From positions 1-60,242 of the forward strand of contig JAZLIW010000076.1 of NCBI GenBank assembly GCA_045617585.1: a DNA stretch of 60,242 bases, in the 5' to 3' direction. Positions 1 to 7,498 of this stretch are shown here, piece after piece; positions within the stretch are counted from its first letter, which is position 1, and the number at the start of each line of letters is the position of its first letter. The notes below the pieces were generated by a model. That model did not search any database, was not told the origin of the DNA, and saw nothing but the letters and a program-made list of their open reading frames with translations. A program made the translations under genes and the position numbers. Source of the stretch: Eubacteriales bacterium (GTDB taxonomy: Bacteria > Bacillota > Clostridia > Oscillospirales > CAG-272).

Positions 1-60
1 CGAAAAGCCGAAGGTGACGAAAGGATTTGTTGCGCTGCCGATTATTTGCTTATCATTTCC

Positions 61-87
61 CAACCTTTTTGAATTTCGGTGTCTATA
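61..87 (+). promoter_or_regulatory. Putative ECF-type (autoregulatory) promoter
   Basis: CAAC (61-64), 16 bp, then GTCTATA (81-87), upstream of RBS AAGGAGA and an ECF sigma gene; fits the AAC/GTC architecture of ECF promoters. Confidence 0.35.
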
Positions 88-118
88 TGGTTGAAAGCTT
101 TCAAGGAGACTCAAACAA

Positions 119-1780
119 GTGAACAGAAATGATGCTGAAAAGGAAATATCTGTATTTATCAAGCCGGTTTTCGGATTTGCTTTGAAACGCTGTAAATCTT
201 TGCAGGATGCCGAAGATTTGTCGCAGGAGATCATTCTCCGCGCCTATTATGCGCTGACGGTACGGGACGATATTGAGCATATCGACAAGTTTATATGGAC
301 AATTGCACATAATATGCTTGCCAATTATTACCGCAATGCATCGCGTGAATCGCTCGGAATTCCGCTTGACGATATTGCGGAAACGCTTGCGTCTGACGAT
401 GATATCACTGAAGAAACAGACTGCGAGAAAATCGCCGGATTACAAAAAGAAATTGCATATCTGTCAAAATTACAGCGCAGGATTGTGATCGCTTATTATT
501 TTGATAACAAAAAGCAAATCGAAATTGCAGATGAGCTCGATATTCCTCTCGGAACAGTCAAATGGCATTTGTTTGAGGCAAAAAAAGAACTGAAACGAGG
601 AATGAATACCATGATAGAATCAAGTGAACTGAAATTCAGACCAATCAAATTTGATTCTTACGGAATCAACGGAAGCATTGGAACAAAATCCCCCGATGAG
701 TTTTTCCGTTCAATACTGACACAGAATATCTGTTACAGTGTACGCGATACTTATAAAACCGTAAACGAGATTGCCGACGATCTCGGTGTGTCTCCCGTCT
801 TCATCGAAAGCGAAGCAGAACATCTTGAAGAATACGGCTATCTGAAATCCGCAAAGAACAAATATATTTGTAATTTCATTATCGACGAACCCACATCCGA
901 GCTTTTGACGATGCGGGATAGGATGTATAAACAGGCTGCCGATCTTTTGGCAAACAATCTTTTTGACGAACTGACAGAGAGCGGAATTCTTGACGATCCG
1001 GATATTTATTGCGGTTACATGGATCAGCCGATTTCGATGACCGAAACGCCTACAACCCCGAGAGATTATAATTTTCTTTTGTGGGCACTGATCCCTTATC
1101 TTGCGGCTTGTTCGGGAGATGAGCTGCTGGACGAAAAAATCACATTCCGTGAAGTATCGACCATTCGACCGGACGGTGCCGATAATATTTTCAGTGCAGC
1201 AGTCACACATGGCAGCCTGCAATTGCCGCCCGACTATGTTGAAATGAAAAACTGGTGCGGTCCGATGTGGAACGAAAAAGGTGATCTGCGGATATGGCAG
1301 GTCAACAGCGAATGGTGCAGCCGGGGAGCACCTGATATGCAAAATGTCAGTGATATCCGACGCATACTCTCCCTGTTTGCTGATGATGGGGGAAATGCGG
1401 ATGACTGGCTTTGGCTTGCGGAACGAGGGTACGTCAAGACCTGCGGTTCGCTTGACGGATATTTCAAAGCACATTGGGAGATCGTTTGGCTTCAAAGCAA
1501 AGAAATACACAGAAAACTGATTGATATCGGTTATCGGATCAAGAAAAAATACGAGGATGATTTCAATCATATCAAAGCGCCGTATCTCAAAGCATCGCTT
1601 GGGGCAGTACCGGATCATCTCAAAAAAATACGTGAATATGAATTACAGTTTGTTTTTCATTCGGACGGATGGTTTTTGCTCCATTGTATCAAAGCATTGC
1701 TCGATAACGGGAAACTGAAACTGCCGACGGAAGACCAAAGAAAAATCATTTCGACAATGATTTTTCCCAAGATTAATTGA
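119..1780 (+). CDS. ECF sigma-70 factor with ~390-aa C-terminal extension
   Basis: Region 2 (DAEDLSQEI...FIWTIAHN) and region 4 (EIADELDIPLGTVKWHLFEAKKELK); second HTH-like segment TVNEIADDLGVSPVFIE; GTG start with RBS. Confidence 0.85.
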   Translation: MNRNDAEKEISVFIKPVFGFALKRCKSLQDAEDLSQEIILRAYYALTVRDDIEHIDKFIWTIAHNMLANYYRNASRESLGIPLDDIAETLASDDDITEETDCEKIAGLQKEIAYLSKLQRRIVIAYYFDNKKQIEIADELDIPLGTVKWHLFEAKKELKRGMNTMIESSELKFRPIKFDSYGINGSIGTKSPDEFFRSILTQNICYSVRDTYKTVNEIADDLGVSPVFIESEAEHLEEYGYLKSAKNKYICNFIIDEPTSELLTMRDRMYKQAADLLANNLFDELTESGILDDPDIYCGYMDQPISMTETPTTPRDYNFLLWALIPYLAACSGDELLDEKITFREVSTIRPDGADNIFSAAVTHGSLQLPPDYVEMKNWCGPMWNEKGDLRIWQVNSEWCSRGAPDMQNVSDIRRILSLFADDGGNADDWLWLAERGYVKTCGSLDGYFKAHWEIVWLQSKEIHRKLIDIGYRIKKKYEDDFNHIKAPYLKASLGAVPDHLKKIREYELQFVFHSDGWFLLHCIKALLDNGKLKLPTEDQRKIISTMIFPKIN

Positions 1781-1817
1781 AAGTGAGCCATCCTCCCGGC
1801 TGTGAAATCGGGAAAGC

Positions 1818-1886
1818 AAAAGGGTGAGTATCAGAGAAAAGAAAGCAGAAGGACAATTCTGCTTTCCCCTGATGCTCGCCCTTTTT
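1818..1886 (+). terminator. Long hairpin/terminator after the ECF gene
   Basis: AAAAGGGTGAGTATCAG...CTGATGCTCGCCCTTTT arms (two G-U pairs on +) enclosing GAAAGCAGAA/TTCTGCTTTC, ending in a T run. Confidence 0.55.
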
Positions 1887-1908
1887 GTCATATTCTTCCG
1901 TTTACAAT

Positions 1909-2127
1909 GCCGCACATGCGGCGATAAATGGCATCCGCGCAAGGATGCCTGCCGCTTCCGCATCTGCCCGACAAAGGCGTTTACGGTGCCTTCTGCGGGC
2001 TGATGCAGGTGAACGCCGCCCACTTGGCACGAAGTGCAGGCGGTCACAAAAGCCCCCGGCAGGGCGCAATGCGCTTTTGGCGGTCAACGGCTGCCGAAAG
2101 TGCTTTTGCGTACTTTTGGCAAAAGTA
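1909..2127. repeat. Cluster of consecutive inverted repeats (REP-like element or structured RNA)
   Basis: Six adjacent hairpins, ending in TACTTTTG-G-CAAAAGTA (2111-2127); no credible ORF. Confidence 0.45.
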
Positions 2128-2348
2128 ACAAAACCCCGCGGCTCGCTCCGCAAAAAAAAGGATGCATCTGATTGAAAGAACAGTCAGTGCCATAGTCAGA
2201 AAAGGATCGACAAGACACAAATGATTATACTTCAGCAAAACGATATGGGACAGAGAAGATTTCAAAAACGCCGATCCAAGCCCTGTTTCAGATAAAAAAC
2301 AAATCCGAACTGATCGTTCATTACGAACCAGTTTGGATTTGTCGTTTT

Positions 2349-2463
2349 TGGTGACCCGTACGGGAATCGGGTCTCGCGCCTCGACGGCGCTCGGTCTTCC
2401 GCGGCTCTGCCGTGCCCCCGGCACGGCATTCACTACCGCTCCCCTTCGATTCCCGTACGGCAC
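2349..2463. repeat. tRNA-Glu 3'-end duplication plus inverted copy enclosing a hairpin core (att-like or miniature element)
   Basis: TGGTGACCCGTACGGGAATCG at 2349-2369 is identical to 2496-2516; inverted copy CGATTCCCGTACGG at 2447-2460. Confidence 0.8.
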
Positions 2464-2494
2464 AAAAAAAGCACCGCTATTGCGATGCTTTTTT
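2464..2494 (-). terminator. Intrinsic terminator of the tRNA operon
   Basis: Minus strand AAAAAAGCATCGC-AATA-GCGGTGCTTTTTTT directly after the tRNA-Glu CCA. Confidence 0.7.
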
Positions 2495-2495
2495 C

Positions 2496-2570
2496 TGGTG
2501 ACCCGTACGGGAATCGAACCCATGTTACAGCCGTGAAAGGGCCGTGTCTTAACCGCTTGACCAACGGGCC
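2496..2570 (-). tRNA. tRNA-Glu (TTC)
   Basis: Reverse complement GGCCCGTTGGTCAAGCGGTTAAGACACGGCCCTTTCACGGCTGTAACATGGGTTCGATTCCCGTACGGGTCACCA folds as a cloverleaf; anticodon TTC; encoded CCA. Confidence 0.97.
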
Positions 2571-2647
2571 TGGTAGCGGAAGTCGGATTTGAACCAACGA
2601 CCTGTCGGGTATGAACCGAATGCTCTAGCCAACTGAGCTATTCCGCC
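2571..2647 (-). tRNA. tRNA-Met (CAT), elongator type
   Basis: Reverse complement GGCGGAATAGCTCAGTTGGCTAGAGCATTCGGTTCATACCCGACAGGTCGTTGGTTCAAATCCGACTTCCGCTACCA; paired first base pair and TTCATAC loop resemble Firmicute elongator Met rather than fMet or Ile2. Confidence 0.92.
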
Positions 2648-2678
2648 ATCTGCTTTCGGTTCTACCGGAAGCCTATGT

Positions 2679-2707
2679 ATTATAGCAGAATCCGAGAGGT
2701 TTGTCAA
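2679..2707 (-). promoter_or_regulatory. Sigma-A promoter of the tRNA operon
   Basis: Perfect TTGACA-17 bp-TATAAT on the minus strand. Confidence 0.9.
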
Positions 2708-2811
2708 GAGTTTTTTGAAATTTTTTCGGAAACCCGGTTTTTCCTGGTTTTGGCGGTATTTGGAGCCGTTTTCGCGGCTCGGCCTGATTTTTCGTTTTTT
2801 CCGGTTTTGTC

Positions 2812-2840
2812 TTGTTTTTTTCATGATTCCGTTATATAAT
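2812..2840 (+). promoter_or_regulatory. Putative sigma-A promoter of the rnfC-like operon
   Basis: TTGTTT-17 bp-TATAAT; a second TATAAT at 2842-2847. Confidence 0.5.
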
Positions 2841-2880
2841 ATATAATGAATATATGTGTATTGCAAGACGGAGGAAGCGT

Positions 2881-4482
2881 ATGAAAATCACATGGAACAG
2901 CGGCGCGGATCTGCGGGAAGCAATCGCGGGCGGCGGAAGCCGGATGCGGTACTCCGAGGTCTGTCTGCCGGAGTTTCCTTTTGAACTGACATTTGAACGG
3001 TACGGACTCCCTTTCGTCCGCGTGGGGCAGAAGCTGCTCGCCGGAGATCCGATCGACAGATATCATCACGTGCCTTTTTCCGGCACCGTCGCTTCGATCG
3101 GAGAACACACCGTCCGCTTCACCTGCGAGGGGGAAGAAGCGGCGTTCACCCGCGGATATCCCAAATCCCTCCGGGACAGCACGGCAGAAGAACTCCTTTC
3201 GTTTCTGGCAGCCTCCGGCATCCCCGGTTCCCGTCCGGGCACTCTGCTCGCGGACGAGATGCGCGAGATCGTCTCCGTTCCGATCGGGGAAAAGGGCCGC
3301 ACAGTCGTGATGAACATCGCGGGACAGGAGCCCGGCTGCGAGGCACTGCTCTGCTCCGTTCTCACCCGGGAGGGCGACGCCGTCTCGGACGGGCTGAAGA
3401 TCCTCATGAAGCTGACCTCCGCACGGAAAGCCCTTTTTATCCTGCCAGAGGACGATATCAAACTGCTCAATCTTGCCGAAAAAGTCGCGGCAAACAGTAA
3501 AATGTTCCGGGTCGTCACGCTGAAAAACGCGTCGTATCCCGCTTCCGACCCCCGCCGTCTCGTCTCTCTCCTGACCGAGCGCGAGCTGCCGCCCGAAATG
3601 GGAGATTCCCTGACGATATTAGAGCACACCGGAATGTTCACGCTCACCCCCGAGCTCTGCGTCGAGGTCTTTTACGCCTTCTCCTCCGGGACGCCTTACC
3701 AGTTCGTCCCCGTTTTCGTCGGCGGGAACGCCTTCCGCAAGCCGAAGCTCGTCCGTCTTCCGATCGGGCTGAAGATCGCCGACTGTTTTTCCGCCTGCGC
3801 GGACAAGCGCGCAGGTCAGGACAAAAACCTGCTGTACGTCTGCGGAAAGGGCCCGATGACCGGCAGAAAGGAAACGGAAGACGGATTTCTGCGGCCGACC
3901 GACCGCGTCCTGCTCGTCTCCACGCCCGGCGGTCTCGGTCTGACCGGCCTTGCCGCCTCCTGCTCCCGCTGCGGCAGATGCGTCAGCGCCTGCCCCGCCT
4001 TTCTGATCCCGCCCGATATCATCACCGCGCTCGAAACCGGAAACGACCGCAAGATCCTTTCCTCCGGCGCGCGGACCTGCCTCTCCTGCGGGACCTGCTC
4101 CTTCGTCTGCCCTGCCGGGCTCCCCGTTTCCGAATACATGGAGAAGGCGAAGAAGCGCTCCGCGGAGGGATGGATAAAGAAGCATCCGGACGAAGCCGCT
4201 GCTGCCGCACGCCCGAAGGGACCCGCTCCCGAAGAAGCCGTCCCGCAAACCGGCAGCGACCGGACCGAAGAAGCCGCCGCGGTGACCGCCTCCCCCGCGG
4301 AAGCGGAAAGAGAGAGCGCGCAGGGATCCCGGAAGCAGGAGCCCGCGCCTCGGGAAACCGCGGTTCAGGAACCGCCAAGAAAAACACTGAAAGACTATCT
4401 GACCGATTTCTTTTTTGAAGACGACCCGGACGCGGAAGCGGAGCCGGAAAAGGAGGATGACGACTGTGAATCCGGAAATTGA
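2881..4482 (+). CDS. rnfC: RnfC/RsxC-like iron-sulfur protein (divergent)
   Basis: N-terminal VRVGQKLLAGDPI..HVPFSGTV barrel-sandwich motif, GPMTG, two ferredoxin motifs CSRCGRCVSACP and CLSCGTCSFVCP; ATG 2881 with RBS GGAGG. Confidence 0.75.
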   Translation: MKITWNSGADLREAIAGGGSRMRYSEVCLPEFPFELTFERYGLPFVRVGQKLLAGDPIDRYHHVPFSGTVASIGEHTVRFTCEGEEAAFTRGYPKSLRDSTAEELLSFLAASGIPGSRPGTLLADEMREIVSVPIGEKGRTVVMNIAGQEPGCEALLCSVLTREGDAVSDGLKILMKLTSARKALFILPEDDIKLLNLAEKVAANSKMFRVVTLKNASYPASDPRRLVSLLTERELPPEMGDSLTILEHTGMFTLTPELCVEVFYAFSSGTPYQFVPVFVGGNAFRKPKLVRLPIGLKIADCFSACADKRAGQDKNLLYVCGKGPMTGRKETEDGFLRPTDRVLLVSTPGGLGLTGLAASCSRCGRCVSACPAFLIPPDIITALETGNDRKILSSGARTCLSCGTCSFVCPAGLPVSEYMEKAKKRSAEGWIKKHPDEAAAAARPKGPAPEEAVPQTGSDRTEEAAAVTASPAEAERESAQGSRKQEPAPRETAVQEPPRKTLKDYLTDFFFEDDPDAEAEPEKEDDDCESGN

Positions 4483-5587
4483 TCCGAATCTGACGACCGC
4501 GGCAGCGGAACCGGCGGGAAAACCGTCCGGCAGACGGCTGCGTCCCGTCCGCACGGTCCGGGAGACCGAGCACGCAGCCGATAAGGCATCTGCCGCGCCG
4601 TCCGTTCTGCCCCCCTTCCTGCACACCGCGGACCGCCCGACGACCTTTGCCTTCGATCTTCTGATCGCGTCCCTCCCCGTGCTCGGCGCCCGTGTCTGGT
4701 TTTACGGCTGGAGAACGCTGACGGTCGCCGTCATCGCCGTTCTTTCCTGCCTGCTCTTCGACGCGCTGTTTTCCCTCGTCGTGGGGAAAGACCTGCGTAT
4801 GCTCCTTTCCGATCTTGATTTTTCCGTCACCGGACTTCTGGTCGCGCTGACGGTCTCTCCGAACGTCCCTCTGTGGGTCCCCGCCGTTCTCGCCGCCTTC
4901 GCTTCCGCGATCTTCAAGGGGCTGCTGGGGCTCCGGACCGACGCGGTCCGCTCCTATCCTCTGAACCCGGCTCTTGCCGCCTTCGCGCTGCTGCTCCTCC
5001 TCTGGAATCAGCTCGATCTGTTCGGCGCGATCCCCGGAAAGCACGCCGCGCTCTTCTCGTTCGCGCCCGATCCGAGCGTCTTCGGTCTCGGCAATCCGAT
5101 CCTGACTTCGCTCCGGGGCGGAGCGCTTCCCTCCGTTTCCCCCGTCTCCGTACTGTTCGGTAACGCGGAAGGCGCAGCGCCCACGCTCCTCATCCTGTTT
5201 GCGTTCGCGTATCTTCTGATCCGCAGGACCGTTTCGTGGCAGGCACCGTGCGCCATGCTGTTCACCTGCGTTCTGTTTTCGGCACTCGTTCCGCGCACCC
5301 CGCTCGTCACCGACGTGATCCTCCTCCAGAGCGTTTTATTTGAGATCACCTCCGGGTCGCTCCTCGTCTGCGCCGTGTTCGGCACGGCGGACCGCGTCAC
5401 CATGCCCTATACCGGGACCGGGAAGCTGTTCTTCGGGATCGCTGCCGGCGCCGCGACGATGCTTCTCCGCTATTTCACGGGGATCGTCAACTGCGCTCCG
5501 CTCGGCATCCTCATTGCCGACCTCCTCACGCCCCTGCTCAACCGTCTGACGCGCCCGCGCCCCTTCGGGATCCGTTCCGATGAATGA
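4466..5587 (+). CDS. rnfD: RnfD/RsxD-like membrane protein (divergent)
   Basis: Multi-TM; VTGLLVALTVSPNVPLW, NPAL, TADRVTMPYTGTGKLFFG and terminal RPRPFG resemble RnfD; follows rnfC; start uncertain (GTG 4466 after AGGAGG). Confidence 0.75.
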   Translation: MNPEIDPNLTTAAAEPAGKPSGRRLRPVRTVRETEHAADKASAAPSVLPPFLHTADRPTTFAFDLLIASLPVLGARVWFYGWRTLTVAVIAVLSCLLFDALFSLVVGKDLRMLLSDLDFSVTGLLVALTVSPNVPLWVPAVLAAFASAIFKGLLGLRTDAVRSYPLNPALAAFALLLLLWNQLDLFGAIPGKHAALFSFAPDPSVFGLGNPILTSLRGGALPSVSPVSVLFGNAEGAAPTLLILFAFAYLLIRRTVSWQAPCAMLFTCVLFSALVPRTPLVTDVILLQSVLFEITSGSLLVCAVFGTADRVTMPYTGTGKLFFGIAAGAATMLLRYFTGIVNCAPLGILIADLLTPLLNRLTRPRPFGIRSDE

Positions 5588-6497
5588 GGCGGCAACACGG
5601 CAGGCATCCGGCGTCCTGCTTCTTGACAAGCCCGCCGGGATCACATCGCAGGATGCGGTCAACGAGATCCGCCGTCTCTACGGCACCCGTCAGGTCGGTC
5701 ATACCGGCACCCTCGACCCGATGGCGACCGGTGTCCTCGTCGTCCTCGTCGGACGTGCGGTCAAGGCGTCCGAATACGTCACGGCCTCGACGAAACGCTA
5801 TCTCGCCGGGATCACGCTCGGCGTCGTCAGCGATACCGAGGATATCTGGGGACAGACAGAAGAGACCGGAGCGGCACTCCCCGGAGAAGCGGCGTTCACC
5901 GACGCCGCGCGCTCCTTCCTCGGTCCCTCTTTTCAGGTCCCGCCCATGGTCAGCGCGCTGAAGGTCGGAGGAAAAAAGCTGTGCGATCTTGCGCGGCAGG
6001 GGATCGAGATCGAGCGGGAAGCCCGTCCGATCGAGATCTTTGCGCTCGACGTCCGGAGCACGCCCGATCCGCGGGTCTATTCGCTGGACGTCACCTGCTC
6101 CAAAGGGACCTATATCCGCACGCTCTGCGCCGACATCGGAAAAAAGCTCGGCTGCGGCGCCGTCATGTCCTCCCTCCGCAGGATCGAAAACGCCGGGTAC
6201 GGCATCGGACAGACCGTAACGCTCGACCGGCTGAAGGAAATGACGGAGGAAGAGCGGTCTTCCCTTCTTCTCCCGCCCGAATCCCTGTTCTCCGCCCTGC
6301 CCTGCCTGACGCTGCCCGCGTTTTTCGCCCGGCTCGCCAGAGCGGGCTGCGAGATCTACCTGAAAAAGATCGGTGCTTCCCTCCCCGTGGGGACCGCCGT
6401 CCGTCTCTCCGACGAAAGCGGCTTCTTTGCCCTCGGCGAGGTCCGCGACTATCCGGACGGTCCCGCCGTCAAGCCGCTGAAGCAGCTTGTCCTCTGA
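5580..6497 (+). CDS. truB: tRNA pseudouridine(55) synthase
   Basis: LDKPAGITS, GHTGTLDPMATGVL, QVPPMVSALK, CSKGTYIRTL. Confidence 0.96.
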   Translation: MNEAATRQASGVLLLDKPAGITSQDAVNEIRRLYGTRQVGHTGTLDPMATGVLVVLVGRAVKASEYVTASTKRYLAGITLGVVSDTEDIWGQTEETGAALPGEAAFTDAARSFLGPSFQVPPMVSALKVGGKKLCDLARQGIEIEREARPIEIFALDVRSTPDPRVYSLDVTCSKGTYIRTLCADIGKKLGCGAVMSSLRRIENAGYGIGQTVTLDRLKEMTEEERSSLLLPPESLFSALPCLTLPAFFARLARAGCEIYLKKIGASLPVGTAVRLSDESGFFALGEVRDYPDGPAVKPLKQLVL

Positions 6498-6535
6498 AAC
6501 CAATACCGCGTACGTATGAAAGGACGTGAAATACG

Positions 6536-7498
6536 ATGACCGAAGTCCTCGTTCTTGCCTCTCTTGAGCCCGCGGAGCGCGCCAAACTGGAAGCCGCGCT
6601 GCCCGGCGCCCGTTTTTCCTACGAGTTAAACGACCGGAACCTCGAAAACGCCGAGATCCTGATCGGTCAGCCCACTCCCGCCATGATCGCCAAGGCAGCG
6701 AAGCTGCGCTGGATCCAGTTCAGTATGTCGGGCGTCGATACCTACATGAAGCCGGGGATCATCCCGGAACACGTTCAGGTCACGAACGTCACCGGCGCTT
6801 TCGGGCAGGCGATCTCGGAGCATATGGTCGGCTGCACGCTGATGCTGATGAAAAAGCTCCATCTCTACGTCCGCAATATGACGGAGCACGTCTGGGCTGA
6901 CCGCGGGACGGTGGAAACCCCCGAGGGTGCCGTCGTTCTCGTCCTCGGAATGGGGGACATCGGCGGGAATTACGCGAAGCGGATGAAGGCACTCGGCTCC
7001 TACGTGATCGGCGTCCGCCGCGCGGACGCGGCAAAGCCGGACTACTGTGACGAGCTGTATCTCTCCTCCGACGAGGTCATCGACAGCCTCCTGCCCCGCG
7101 CCGACGTCGTCGCGCTGGCGATGCCGGGCACCGCGGCGACCTGCCGGATGTTCGACGACCGCCGTCTCTCCCTGATGAAGCCGGGCTCGATGCTCCTCAA
7201 CGTCGGACGGGGGAACGCAGTCGACTGCGATGCGCTCGCCGCGGCGCTGAAGACCGGGACGCCCGGATGCGCGTCGATCGACGTGACCGATCCCGAGCCC
7301 CTGCCCGCCGATCATCCGCTGTGGGACTGCGAAAACTGTCTGATCACGCCCCATATTTCCGGTTTTTATCATCTGCGCCGCACCTACGAAAAGATCGCGG
7401 CGATCTTTGCCGAGAATCTGCGCCGTTACGGCGCGGGTGAACCGCTCCTGCATACGGTGGACCGGGAGACCGGCTACGCCAGAAAGGACAAAACATGA
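6536..7498 (+). CDS. D-isomer-specific 2-hydroxyacid dehydrogenase
   Basis: GMGDIG Rossmann motif, NVGRG, DVTDPEPLPADHPLW, TPHISG. Confidence 0.92.
   Translation: MTEVLVLASLEPAERAKLEAALPGARFSYELNDRNLENAEILIGQPTPAMIAKAAKLRWIQFSMSGVDTYMKPGIIPEHVQVTNVTGAFGQAISEHMVGCTLMLMKKLHLYVRNMTEHVWADRGTVETPEGAVVLVLGMGDIGGNYAKRMKALGSYVIGVRRADAAKPDYCDELYLSSDEVIDSLLPRADVVALAMPGTAATCRMFDDRRLSLMKPGSMLLNVGRGNAVDCDALAAALKTGTPGCASIDVTDPEPLPADHPLWDCENCLITPHISGFYHLRRTYEKIAAIFAENLRRYGAGEPLLHTVDRETGYARKDKT

Noticed and set aside
1-2348. Calling the left end a defined mobile element
   Set aside because: Composition and the tRNA-end repeat are suggestive, but no integrase, transposase or second boundary is visible in the window.
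2349-2463. Third tRNA or intron-containing tRNA
   Set aside because: Only the 3' 21 nt match tRNA-Glu; no D-arm or anticodon arm can be folded.
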